Shown in pieces: positions 1-8,523 of a stretch of DNA of 40,936 nucleotides (position 1 is the first letter of the stretch; the number at the start of each line of letters is the position of its first letter). Position numbers and translations under genes: made by a program. The DNA comes from a virus. The stretch spans positions 1-40,936 of IMG/VR virus record IMGVR_UViG_3300002042_000002; one strand, given 5' to 3'. The notes under the pieces are model-generated. The model was not told the origin of the DNA. It worked only from the letters and a program-made list of their open reading frames with translations, and searched no databases.

Positions 1-36
1 ACAGTTCAAGCCCTTCATACTAATATCGCCCATGTC
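1..36. repeat. Terminal direct repeat (assembly overlap or terminal redundancy), copy 1
   Basis: ACAGTTCAAGCCCTTCATACTAATATCGCCCATGTC is identical to 40901..40936. Confidence 0.95.
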
Positions 37-303
37 CCATACTTTCCTAAAGCCTTCTCTGACGAGAACGCGCGGATTAGAGCTGAGCAGGAAGCTTCTC
101 TAGGCTTTCGTTATATTATTAGGACTGTGTCACAGCCTCACGAATTTATAGCACATGACGACGGCGCTATTCTTCATACGTCTAATCAGGAAGACGCAGG
201 CTGGTTTCAGCTTAAATCGGCCGCGTGGAAGTTCCTCGAGGACAATAACGTGAAGAAGAATAAGTATCAGGTTATAGCTATCCCGGATCCTGAGAAGAAG
301 TAG
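1..303 (+). CDS. Hypothetical protein, 3' part of the junction-spanning ORF (continues 40625..40936)
   Basis: Frame 1 is open from nt 1 to TAG at 301-303. It is in phase with the ORF starting at ATG 40625 once the 36-nt overlap is collapsed. The combined product is about 192 aa. Confidence 0.7.
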   Translation, partial: TVQALHTNIAHVPYFPKAFSDENARIRAEQEASLGFRYIIRTVSQPHEFIAHDDGAILHTSNQEDAGWFQLKSAAWKFLEDNNVKKNKYQVIAIPDPEKK

Positions 304-310
304 TCCTCAG

Positions 311-583
311 TTGTCCCAGACAAAAACGAAACGGTTATTAATCAAAGCAGTTAAGGCATGGTGTGAAGAGGATCCTCATAGATCCTATGTCTCCTATACT
401 AACGGCCGCTCTGGACATGATATCGTAAGGGTTACTGTCTGGGACATACCTCTCAAAGTGTCTGTAGATTGCACCCCTAAAGGCGGCCCAGAGAAGGCGG
501 TAAAGAAATGCCTATCAACACTAAACACAAAATCCCGACTTAAGATCCAAGCGATCATAGAGGGTAAAGGAAAGATCTATTAA
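311..583 (+). CDS. Hypothetical protein (90 aa)
   Basis: ORF with a TTG start 8 nt after the upstream stop. It is on the same strand and packed like its neighbours. I recognise no motif. Confidence 0.55.
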   Translation: MSQTKTKRLLIKAVKAWCEEDPHRSYVSYTNGRSGHDIVRVTVWDIPLKVSVDCTPKGGPEKAVKKCLSTLNTKSRLKIQAIIEGKGKIY

Positions 584-723
584 TGTCAGATATCCCTCTC
601 GATAATAAGGCAGATCCTCAGCTCGAGACTAAGCCGAGCCCATGTAAAGGCTATACGCCAGACTATCAGGCTATGGGAGATTGTGCTCACTGTGGCCGCA
701 TACGAGAAGATCACTATGACTAG
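583..723 (+). CDS. Small hypothetical protein (46 aa) with C..CxxC
   Basis: ATG overlaps the upstream stop (TAATG). Translation is MSDIPLDNKADPQLETKPSPCKGYTPDYQAMGDCAHCGRIREDHYD. It is below the ORF-track size cutoff. Confidence 0.4.
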   Translation: MSDIPLDNKADPQLETKPSPCKGYTPDYQAMGDCAHCGRIREDHYD

Positions 724-925
724 ATGCGAGGTTATATGCTGTCCTCATAAAACAGAGAAGCCATACGTCTTCTGGTTTTGTAAGGATCATTGGCCGCTAG
801 TCCCCCGCTTACTTAAGAAGAAGATCCGCAAATCAGAGAGAGCTAAGAGACACGCCTTATCTCAGAAGCTTTGGGTAAAAGCTCAGCGTCACGTTATCCA
901 CGTCGTCGCCGGGATCCAGCCATGA
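716..925 (+). CDS. Hypothetical Cys-rich, basic small protein (69 aa)
   Basis: This is the internal ATG of track ORF 683..925 (MTRCEVICCPHK...). It has a basic KKKIRKSERAKRH segment. Its stop overlaps the next start (ATGA). Confidence 0.55.
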   Translation: MTRCEVICCPHKTEKPYVFWFCKDHWPLVPRLLKKKIRKSERAKRHALSQKLWVKAQRHVIHVVAGIQP

Positions 926-1278
926 CAGCTACAGTCACATATAAAAATCACGACGGCTCAGTCATAGCCTCCTATACCTATGAGCCTTCGCCCGGTATCT
1001 CGTGTAGCTGTAAAGAGCGAAAGCAACCGCTAACAGTTCCGGAAGGGTCTAATCAACGTCCTCGACAATGGGCTAAGCTATACACTGTCTGGGCTGGGAC
1101 TGGAGCCCTAAGAGGTAGAGAGACTTCGCGAACATATTCTTACATTGCATGTCGAGTATGCGGATCACACTGGAAGACATATAGCGACGCTATTATATCC
1201 GCTTGCCCTACTACCGAAGAGCTAGGCTATCCATGGCCCGGATCACATCTTCCCTTCGTCCCTCCTATAGAGGACTAG
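922..1278 (+). CDS. Hypothetical protein (118 aa) with Cys pairs
   Basis: ATG at 922 lies inside track ORF 871..1278 and overlaps the upstream gene by ATGA. The protein contains SCSC and CRVCGSHW motifs. Confidence 0.6.
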   Translation: MTATVTYKNHDGSVIASYTYEPSPGISCSCKERKQPLTVPEGSNQRPRQWAKLYTVWAGTGALRGRETSRTYSYIACRVCGSHWKTYSDAIISACPTTEELGYPWPGSHLPFVPPIED

Positions 1279-1294
1279 CTCTCCTGTAGAGCGA

Positions 1295-1309
1295 AGAGAC
1301 ACTGTCTCT
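1295..1309. promoter_or_regulatory. 15-bp perfect palindrome AGAGACA-C-TGTCTCT (hairpin or protein-binding site)
   Basis: Read directly from the sequence. It lies 17 nt after the stop at 1278, inside the 212-nt non-coding gap upstream of terS. Confidence 0.35.
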
Positions 1310-1490
1310 CAGTTAAAGAGCACCCTAAAATCTATGCAAACTCTGCCCATATAGGGCGATGGATAACAGGGGGGGAGCATAAAACCTCACCCAGAGCCGA
1401 GGTTCTAGCGGCGGCCATCAAAAAAAACTTTCGCCGCAGGTTAGGACATAGGGGGTCGATTTTTTCTAAACGATATTCTAAAGGTCGAAT

Positions 1491-1976
1491 ATGCCCGGCC
1501 CAAAGAAAGAACCTACAGCGCTAAAAAAGCTGAAAAATAATCCCGGTAAGAGGGCGCTCCCGAAGAATGAGCCGAAGCCAAAGATCCGGATCCCGACAGC
1601 TCCGGCTCACTTAAGCCCGTCGGCGAAAACAGAGTGGAAGAGGATCTGTAAAGAGTTGTTCAATCTAGGCCTTTTATCTGGCGCAGATCGCGCGGCGCTC
1701 GCCGCATATTGCCAATGTTATAGCCGCTGGAAGACTGCGGAGACAAAACTTACGCAAGCCGGGAAGAAAAAAGGAGCCGTCGGCGGCGGACTTTTGGAAA
1801 AAACCTCTAACGGAAATCTTATTCAGTCGCCTCTCGTAGGCATAGCCAACACTGCAATGCGAGATATGATGCGCTACGCGGCCGAGTTTGGCATGACGCC
1901 CAGCGCAAGAACGCGGATCGAAGCCAGCCCTTTAACGGACGACGAGCCGGAAGACGAGTTCTTCGGCGATGACTAA
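1491..1976 (+). CDS. terS: Terminase small subunit, P27 family
   Basis: 161 aa. It has a basic N-terminus (PGKRALPKNEPKP), then LSGADRAALAAYCQCYSRW and a C-terminal EFGMTPSARTRI, the pattern of P27-family small terminases. It overlaps terL by 8 nt. Confidence 0.85.
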   Translation: MPGPKKEPTALKKLKNNPGKRALPKNEPKPKIRIPTAPAHLSPSAKTEWKRICKELFNLGLLSGADRAALAAYCQCYSRWKTAETKLTQAGKKKGAVGGGLLEKTSNGNLIQSPLVGIANTAMRDMMRYAAEFGMTPSARTRIEASPLTDDEPEDEFFGDD

Positions 1977-3858
1977 GACAAAACCTAAGCCATATAATTA
2001 CGCTCGAGACTACGCTCGGCTCGTAATGAAAAAAGAAATCGTAGCCGGGCCGCATGTCCGCAACGCTTGCCGCCGTTTCCTCGCAGACATTAAGCGCAAA
2101 GATATTTATTTCGATCTCGCCGCCGCTGACAGAGCTGTAAGATTTATCGAAACTAAGCTGAAGCTCAGCGAGGGACAGTTCGAAAAGAAGCCGTTTAAAC
2201 TCGAGCTCGTACAGAAGTTTATCGTAATGAATATCTTCGGCTTCTTTAAGTTGAACGGAAAGCGCCGTTTCCGCCGGGCATATCTGGAGATAGGAAAAGG
2301 AAACGGTAAGTCCCCGCTCGCTGGAGCAATAGGTCTTTACGGCTTAATGGCCGATAATGAGCCGGGAGCTGAGATATACTCCGCCGCTTCTAACCTTCAG
2401 CAAGCGGAGATCCTCTTTAAGGACGCCTGTAAAATGGTGCGTAAGTCTCCAGACATAGAGCGGCGCGTCCATATCTCCGGCTCCGTCGGCGCTGAGACTA
2501 ACATAGCTTACCTAAGGAAGGGATCTTTCTTCCGTCCAGTGTCTAAGGGTTTCGCTACTTCAGGGGCCGGGCCGCGTCCTCATATGGCGCTCGCCGACGA
2601 GATCCACGAAATGAAAAACCGTAAGACGCTCGAGCAATTAGAGCGGGGCTTTAAATTCCGTCGTAATCCCCTCCTCCTTATGATTACTAACTCCGGATCC
2701 GATAGAGCTTCGATATGCTGGGAAGAGCATATCCACGCTGTTAAAGTTGCGGCCGGGAACGAAGACGCGACAGACGAAGATCCTCACTACATAGGAGATA
2801 TCATAGACGACAGCACCTTCTCTTTTGTTTGCGGTTTAGATCCAGACGACGATCCTCTCGAAGATCCCTCTTGCTGGATTAAAGCTAATCCTCTCCTCGG
2901 CGTTATTCTCGATCACGATTACATGGCGGATATCGTTAATCAGGCTAACACTAAGCCCGGCTCATTAAACGGGATCTTAAGGCTTCACTTCTGCCAATGG
3001 ACAGACGCAGTTAAGGCGTGGATGCCTCGTAAGACTTTGTCTCCTGTTCTCCAGAAATACGATCCTAAAAGCTTTCGCTTCCGGGATATCCACTCTGGGA
3101 AGAGAGCCTACATAGGCTTAGATCTGTCTCAGTCGAAAGACTTAACGGCCAAGGCTCTAGTAGTTCCTACGGGAATGAAGAAGATTGTTTCAGAAGATAA
3201 GAACGGCAAGAAAGTCGAGAGGATGCGTCCGACTTTCGACGGCTGGATCGACGCTTGGACGCCCCGCGACACAATGGACGCTCGGGTCATACGAGATAAT
3301 AAACCGTATAGAAAATGGTATGACGAGGGATATCTCATAGCCAAGCCGGGAAAGAGGATCCCTTACTTCGACGTCGCTCAGGCTGTCGGCGACGATCTGC
3401 GAGATTATGATCTTCAAACTATCGCATATGATCGCTACGCTTTCGAGAGGTTCGAAGATGAAATGAAAGAGCTGGGGCTGTCGTGTGACGTCATAGAGCA
3501 CCCTCAGGGCGGCATAAAAAAAGGCAAACCTAATCAAGCTATGATCGACTATATCCTCGCTCAGGGTAAGGAGGAGAGCGAGGCTAAGGGTTTATGGATG
3601 CCTAAGAGCGTCCAGCTTCTCGAGGAGCTTATCGCAGAGAAGAGGATCCGTCTTTTTGCTAACCCAGTTCTCCTCTCGGCCGTCGCTTCGGCCGTTCCTT
3701 ATACGGATCGCTGGGGTAACTATTGGCTTGATAAAGAGACAAGCCTTAATAAAATTGACGCCGTAATCGCCTTGTGCATGGCAGTCGGCGCGGCTATAGC
3801 TTTAGAAAAGACGCTTTCCGGCGGCGTCGATGATTGGTTAGAAAGTTTTGAAGAATGA
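1969..3858 (+). CDS. terL: Terminase large subunit (Terminase_1-like)
   Basis: 629 aa. It has a P-loop-like GKGNGKSPLAG, a Walker-B-like MALADEIHE and a C-terminal nuclease-like region. It sits between terS and the portal gene with overlapping stop/start codons. Confidence 0.9.
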   Translation: MTKTKPKPYNYARDYARLVMKKEIVAGPHVRNACRRFLADIKRKDIYFDLAAADRAVRFIETKLKLSEGQFEKKPFKLELVQKFIVMNIFGFFKLNGKRRFRRAYLEIGKGNGKSPLAGAIGLYGLMADNEPGAEIYSAASNLQQAEILFKDACKMVRKSPDIERRVHISGSVGAETNIAYLRKGSFFRPVSKGFATSGAGPRPHMALADEIHEMKNRKTLEQLERGFKFRRNPLLLMITNSGSDRASICWEEHIHAVKVAAGNEDATDEDPHYIGDIIDDSTFSFVCGLDPDDDPLEDPSCWIKANPLLGVILDHDYMADIVNQANTKPGSLNGILRLHFCQWTDAVKAWMPRKTLSPVLQKYDPKSFRFRDIHSGKRAYIGLDLSQSKDLTAKALVVPTGMKKIVSEDKNGKKVERMRPTFDGWIDAWTPRDTMDARVIRDNKPYRKWYDEGYLIAKPGKRIPYFDVAQAVGDDLRDYDLQTIAYDRYAFERFEDEMKELGLSCDVIEHPQGGIKKGKPNQAMIDYILAQGKEESEAKGLWMPKSVQLLEELIAEKRIRLFANPVLLSAVASAVPYTDRWGNYWLDKETSLNKIDAVIALCMAVGAAIALEKTLSGGVDDWLESFEE

Positions 3859-5093
3859 GTATTTTTGCTAGAACCTTCGGCTATTTCGGATCCTTAAGAA
3901 CAAAGCTTAAGACAGATACGTCCGACGGCCTTTATCCCGGCGGCCCCTCTGGGCGGAATATAATTCCCATGGACGAGACTGTCGCTATGTCTATCTCGGC
4001 TGTCTGGGCTTGCTTAAATGTTATAGGAGGGACAATCGGAACTCTCCCTTTAGAGCTCTTCCATGCGAAGAAAGACGGCGAGATCCAGCCTGCTAAAGAT
4101 CATCCTCTCTACTCAGTTTTAAATTCAGATCCTAACTACGATCTAACATGCGTAGACTTCTGGGAGTACATGTCGGCCGCTATAGAGCTTCACGGATCCG
4201 GATATGCTAAGAAGGTAAAGAGCGTCTTAGGCGGGACGTCTTCTCTAATCCCGATTAACCCTTCTTACATGCAAGTCCGGAGAAAAACTTCAGGCGAGCT
4301 CGAATATACTTACATGCTGGAGGGTAAGCGTTACGTCGATAAACAAGACGACGTCCTGCATATTCGCGGATCTTTTGCTACTCCTATGGGCGGCGTATCT
4401 ACACTCAGCGCCGGAGCCCGTACTCTTCGGACGGCCTTTAATGCAGAGCACGCGGCCTCGCAAACTTTCGATAATGGAATGTCCCCCAGCGGCGTCCTTA
4501 CATATCCTCGTCCGCTGGATAAAGCGCAAAGAAAGAAAGCTAAAAATGTTCTGCTTAATGAATATCAAGGCTCGATAAACTCCGGCCGTCCTCTGATCTT
4601 AGACAATGGCGTGACATGGGAAGCTCTATCTATAGCTCCTAAAGACGCCCAAATGCTCGAGACGCGGGGCTTCAGCGTAGAGGAGATCTGTCGTTTCTTT
4701 GGCGTCCACCCGTTTATGATCGGCCATTCTGAGAAGAGCACGTCATGGGGTAAAGGGCTCGAGCAACAGATCTTAGCCTTCCTTAAGTTCACTCTCCGCA
4801 GACGGTTAAAGCGTATCGAGAAGTCTCTCGAGAAACAGCTTTTAACGCCAGAAGAACGCGCGAGAGGAATGTATATTAAGTTCAATATGGAGGCTCTGCT
4901 AAGAGGCGATAGCGCCGCTCGAGCGAAGTTCTATGAGATAATGATCCGTAATGGTATCTTCTCTCAGAACTATGTCAGAGAGTTAGAAGGCCTTCCCGCA
5001 GTTGACGGCGGGGACGAATGCAGGGTACAAATGCAAAATGTTCCGCTTAACGAAGCAACCGGAAACGAAAACGGAGATCCTCAAAATGCGTGA
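3855..5093 (+). CDS. Portal protein, HK97 family
   Basis: 412 aa, ATGA overlap with terL. Motifs include FWEYMSAAIELHGSGYAKK and FMIGHSEKSTSWGKGLEQQ. Its position is between terL and the prohead protease. Confidence 0.85.
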   Translation: MSIFARTFGYFGSLRTKLKTDTSDGLYPGGPSGRNIIPMDETVAMSISAVWACLNVIGGTIGTLPLELFHAKKDGEIQPAKDHPLYSVLNSDPNYDLTCVDFWEYMSAAIELHGSGYAKKVKSVLGGTSSLIPINPSYMQVRRKTSGELEYTYMLEGKRYVDKQDDVLHIRGSFATPMGGVSTLSAGARTLRTAFNAEHAASQTFDNGMSPSGVLTYPRPLDKAQRKKAKNVLLNEYQGSINSGRPLILDNGVTWEALSIAPKDAQMLETRGFSVEEICRFFGVHPFMIGHSEKSTSWGKGLEQQILAFLKFTLRRRLKRIEKSLEKQLLTPEERARGMYIKFNMEALLRGDSAARAKFYEIMIRNGIFSQNYVRELEGLPAVDGGDECRVQMQNVPLNEATGNENGDPQNA

Positions 5094-5781
5094 TAATCTA
5101 AACGCTACTCTAGAGCTAAAAGAGATCGACGACGAGGGCGAGTTCGAAGGCTTGGCCTCCGTCTTTGGTAAGGTAGATATGGGCGGAGATATGATCCTCC
5201 CCGGAGCTTACAAGAAAACATTAATCGCCATGAAGCGCGAAAAGAGAATTATTCCCTTCCTCTGGAGACATCAACAAGAGGAGGTCATGGGCGGATTTAC
5301 AGATCTCGAAGAGACTTCAAAAGGCCTTAAGGTTAAAGGCCGTATCGTTCCGGATCTTTCAGAATATTCTATGAAGGCCTATCGCCTTATGAAGAGCGGC
5401 CTCGCTCGAGGTCTATCCATTGGCTATCGCGTCCCCGAAGGCGGCGCTACAAAAGAAGACGGCGTCCGGAAGATCAAGGCGCTAAATCTATTCGAGATTA
5501 GTTTCGTCCCGGTAGGGATGGATCCTTACGCAAATGTGACGAGCGTTAAGGCGCTGTCAGATATCCGCGCTAAGCTTGCAGACGGGGAACGTCTGAGCGA
5601 GCGCGAGTGGGAGTTGTTCCTAAAGCAGGATTGCAACCTCACTAACTCTCAGGCGGAGCGGGCTGTCCGCGTAAACCTGAAAAACGGCTCGGGGGCTCCG
5701 GGCAATTCTGGAAGTGATTATGATCTCCGCGAGGGGCTTAAATCGCTATTATTAAAAACAGAGGCGAGCCCTCAATCCTAA
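5086..5781 (+). CDS. Prohead serine protease, HK97 / Peptidase S78 family
   Basis: ATG at 5086 is internal to track ORF 5002..5781 and overlaps the portal stop. Motifs are FEGLASVFGKVDMGGDMILPGAY, FLWRH, GLSIGY and LFEISFVPVGMDP. Confidence 0.85.
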   Translation: MRDNLNATLELKEIDDEGEFEGLASVFGKVDMGGDMILPGAYKKTLIAMKREKRIIPFLWRHQQEEVMGGFTDLEETSKGLKVKGRIVPDLSEYSMKAYRLMKSGLARGLSIGYRVPEGGATKEDGVRKIKALNLFEISFVPVGMDPYANVTSVKALSDIRAKLADGERLSEREWELFLKQDCNLTNSQAERAVRVNLKNGSGAPGNSGSDYDLREGLKSLLLKTEASPQS

Positions 5782-5792
5782 AGGTGCATATC

Positions 5793-7103
5793 ATGCAAAA
5801 CAAACTTAAACTTACTCTCTTCGCTTCAGCTCTTGTTCTGGGCGTTTCTCATATGGCGGCCGCTGGGCCTTTGGAAATCAAAGAAGATCCTCAGCAAGTC
5901 GATATGGACGAAGTGAAAGAACTCGTAGAAGGCATTAAAAAAGGCTACGAGAAATCTATCGACGAAGTCCGGGAGAAAGCTGAGAAGGCTCTATCTCAGG
6001 TGAAGACTGGCGAGGAAGCTACGATTTCCTTTAAAGAGAAGCTGGACGAAGCTCTTACAAAAATGAACGAGCAAGGCGCGGCGTTTAAAGAGCTCGAGCA
6101 AAAACTAGACCGAGTTAAGGGCGAGAAGTCTGTCGTAATGACGGCCGGAGATCGCTTTATTAATTCGGACGAGTTTAAAGCTATTGCCGGAAAATCTATT
6201 TCTCAGGGTCAATCTATCTCTGTTCAAATGAAGACTATTACTTCTTTGACAACAGACGCCGACGGATCCGCCGGAGATCTCGTCCAGACACAGCGCGTAC
6301 AAAGCCCTATGTCTACCTTACCAAATCGCCGTATGACTGTCCGCGATATGTTAATGCCCGGCCGTACTAACTCGAATGCTATCGAGTTTGTGCAAGAGAC
6401 AGGCTTTACGAATAATGCGGCTATGGTCGCTGAAGGTGCGACAAAGCCTGAGAGCTCGCTGAAGTTCGATCTTTCAACTTCTCAGGTTCGTAAACAGGCT
6501 CATTTCATGGAGGCCTCCATGGAGATCCTTCAGGACGCTCTAGGGCTCGGCTCTATGATCGACGGCCGCCTACTCTATGGCCTTCAGTTCAAAGAAGAAA
6601 ATCAGCTTCTTAATGGCGACGGCGTCGGCCAAAACCTATTAGGCCTGAATACACAAGCTTCAGCTTTCGCTCCGGCTTTTGCTGTTGGTGCTCAGACTAA
6701 TATCGACACGATCCGCCTTGCTTTATTGCAAGCCTCTCTCGCCGAGTACCCGGCTACAGGATGTATTATCCATCCTACTAACTGGGCAGATATCGAGACG
6801 CAGAAGGACACGCAAGGCCGCTATATAATCGGTAATCCTCAGGGAACGATCCAGCCTATGCTATGGTCTTTGCCTCTTGTTGTTACTCAGGCTCAGGCTA
6901 TCAATACCTTCCTAGCTGGCGCGTTCTCTATGGCCGCTCAGATCTTTGATCGTATGGACGCCGCTGTTATGGTTTCGACAGAAGACGGAAATAACTTCCG
7001 TAATAACCTTGTGACCATTCTAGCGGAGCAACGCCTAGCGCTTGCCGTCTATCGTCCTGAGGCGTTTATCAACGGCTCTCTTACCGCGCCTACTCCTATC
7101 TAG
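5793..7103 (+). CDS. Major capsid protein, HK97 fold, with N-terminal coiled-coil delta domain
   Basis: TVRDMLMPGRTNSNAIEFVQETGFTNNAAMVAEGATKPES and LLNGDGVGQNLLGL closely resemble HK97 gp5 motifs. ATG at 5793 has AAAGG 8 nt upstream; GTG at 5784 is an alternative start. Confidence 0.92.
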   Translation: MQNKLKLTLFASALVLGVSHMAAAGPLEIKEDPQQVDMDEVKELVEGIKKGYEKSIDEVREKAEKALSQVKTGEEATISFKEKLDEALTKMNEQGAAFKELEQKLDRVKGEKSVVMTAGDRFINSDEFKAIAGKSISQGQSISVQMKTITSLTTDADGSAGDLVQTQRVQSPMSTLPNRRMTVRDMLMPGRTNSNAIEFVQETGFTNNAAMVAEGATKPESSLKFDLSTSQVRKQAHFMEASMEILQDALGLGSMIDGRLLYGLQFKEENQLLNGDGVGQNLLGLNTQASAFAPAFAVGAQTNIDTIRLALLQASLAEYPATGCIIHPTNWADIETQKDTQGRYIIGNPQGTIQPMLWSLPLVVTQAQAINTFLAGAFSMAAQIFDRMDAAVMVSTEDGNNFRNNLVTILAEQRLALAVYRPEAFINGSLTAPTPI

Positions 7104-7130
7104 ACTTCTTCTAGATATTTGGTATTAGAA

Positions 7131-7160
7131 AGCAGGGCTTCGGCTCTGCTTTTTTATTTT
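7131..7160 (+). terminator. Rho-independent terminator after the capsid gene
   Basis: The stem is AGCAGGGC / GCTCTGCT (one G-U pair) with a TTCG loop, followed by TTTTTTATTTT. Confidence 0.7.
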
Positions 7161-7174
7161 CACAAGGTAACATT

Positions 7175-7372
7175 ATGGCTCAGAAGAAAGACTTTAAGGT
7201 AATCCGCGCTCACACTGGAGACAAAGATTACGCCGTCGGCGATACTCGGACAGAGGATCCTAACAAGGTTAAACACCTAATCGGAAAGTGTTTAGAGGAT
7301 CCAGACGCCAAGCCCGCAAAGGCTAAAAAGAAGGCTCCAGCTAAAAAGAAGACGGCCGCAAAAAAGAAGTAG
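7175..7372 (+). CDS. Small lysine-rich protein with an AKKK-repeat tail (65 aa)
   Basis: RBS AAGG precedes the start. The C-terminus is AKPAKAKKKAPAKKKTAAKKK. It looks paralogous to the 8355..8519 product (HxGDK ... G ... P ... G..E pattern). Confidence 0.7.
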   Translation: MAQKKDFKVIRAHTGDKDYAVGDTRTEDPNKVKHLIGKCLEDPDAKPAKAKKKAPAKKKTAAKKK

Positions 7373-7494
7373 AGATCTCGCCAACTCCGGCCGAGCCGGG
7401 ATCTCTTAAAATACACGACGAGGCTCCGGCCTCTCCTGTCAAATCGGCCCCGAAGAAGAAATCTATCTTCTCTCGATTATTTAAAGGTTAAGCC

Positions 7495-8010
7495 ATGATC
7501 GACTTAGAGCTCGCAAAGCAACATTGCAGAGTAGACGACGACGATAACGACGAGCTCCTAAATGTTTATATTAAAGCGGCTTCCGCATATTGCGAGAGCT
7601 ATACTGGATTGGTTATTGATCCTCGAGACAAAACCTTTTCTTTTGATTGCTTCGGTGACTGCCTTCCTATTCCACTCCGTCCCGTCGAAGCTATTATTAA
7701 TATTCTCTACACAGATCCGGACGGTAACGAGCAGACACTTCCCGCAGAAGACTATCGTCTCGTCGGCGAGAATATCCACCCGGCGCTAGGCAAGCTATTT
7801 CCGTCCATAGCCTATCCTTCTAAGGTTATGGTCACAGCGACTTTAGGATCCTCAGACGACGAGGCTCAGGAGAATATCACTAACGCTCAGCTATTATTGA
7901 TCTCTCACTGGTACGAGAACCGCGAGGCTGTCGTCGTAGGAACGATCTCCGGGACACTTCCCTTCGCGGTTAAGGCTCTCTTAGATCTCAACAGAGACGA
8001 GCTCCATTAA
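7495..8010 (+). CDS. Head-tail connector (gp6-like / DNA-packaging QLRG-type)
   Basis: MIDLELAKQHCRVDDDDNDELLNVYIKAASAYCESYTG is the typical N-terminal signature of gp6-like connector proteins. Its position downstream of the capsid gene fits. Confidence 0.75.
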   Translation: MIDLELAKQHCRVDDDDNDELLNVYIKAASAYCESYTGLVIDPRDKTFSFDCFGDCLPIPLRPVEAIINILYTDPDGNEQTLPAEDYRLVGENIHPALGKLFPSIAYPSKVMVTATLGSSDDEAQENITNAQLLLISHWYENREAVVVGTISGTLPFAVKALLDLNRDELH

Positions 8011-8345
8011 TGGCCTCAGGCAAGTACGATCAAAGGATCGAAGTCCTCGTAAGATCCATCACGCAGAACGCGCAGAAGGAAGACGTAGAGACATGGGAGT
8101 GCGGTAAAAAGCTCTGGGCCGAAGTCATGCGAGGATCCGGCGGAGAACGCCGCGTAGGAGCCGCTCAGGAGCAGGCTAACCTCCCAGTTACGGTTACAGT
8201 CAGATTTTCTAAATACACGTCCTGCCTAAAACCTCAGGACAATAGGCTTGCATTTGACGGCTTCCAGTGGGATATCGAAAGCTCCGCAGAAGGGAAGAGC
8301 CGTAATAGAGAAATTATTATGATTGCTCGAGCCCGCATTAAATAG
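8010..8345 (+). CDS. Head-tail adaptor / head-closure protein (SPP1 gp16-like)
   Basis: 111 aa, TAATG overlap with the upstream gene. The pattern YDQRIEVL...WECGKKLWAEV...VTVTVRF...FDGFQWDI is typical of the head-tail adaptor family. Confidence 0.7.
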   Translation: MASGKYDQRIEVLVRSITQNAQKEDVETWECGKKLWAEVMRGSGGERRVGAAQEQANLPVTVTVRFSKYTSCLKPQDNRLAFDGFQWDIESSAEGKSRNREIIMIARARIK

Positions 8346-8354
8346 GAGCCGGAC

Positions 8355-8519
8355 ATGAAAGTTAAATCTCTAAAAAAGCATCGTAATGCCCATGGCGATA
8401 AATTCGAAAAACCTAAGGGCGTAGAGTACGATCACCCCAGCCCGGAAGCTGATATTAAAGCGGGCTTCGTTAAAGAAGTCACTTCGGCCGAAGGCAAGGG
8501 CAAAGCTCCTCAAAAATAG
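8355..8519 (+). CDS. Small lysine-rich protein (54 aa), paralogue of 7175..7372
   Basis: AGGAG lies 6 nt upstream of the ATG. Translation is MKVKSLKKHRNAHGDKFEKPKGVEYDHPSPEADIKAGFVKEVTSAEGKGKAPQK. It is not in the ORF track (under 60 aa). The antisense track ORF 8370..8717 is discounted. Confidence 0.55.
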   Translation: MKVKSLKKHRNAHGDKFEKPKGVEYDHPSPEADIKAGFVKEVTSAEGKGKAPQK

Positions 8520-8523
8520 CGCC

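Noticed and set aside
1361-1420. tRNA-like GGTTCTA motif followed by GCCA in the gap upstream of terS
   Set aside because: Only a 4-bp stem can be drawn around the putative T-loop. No acceptor, D or anticodon arms can be built. I found no tRNA anywhere in the window.
5002-5085. Longer N-terminal extensions offered by the ORF track (5002 for the protease, 871 for the 922 gene, 683 for the 716 gene, 27099 for the o-spanin, 33982 for the 33838 gene, 28384 for the 28333 gene, 19269 for the 19299 gene)
   Set aside because: Each extension would overlap the upstream gene substantially. The internal ATG gives a canonical ATGA/TAATG coupling or an RBS and a sensible N-terminus, such as the signal peptide of the o-spanin.
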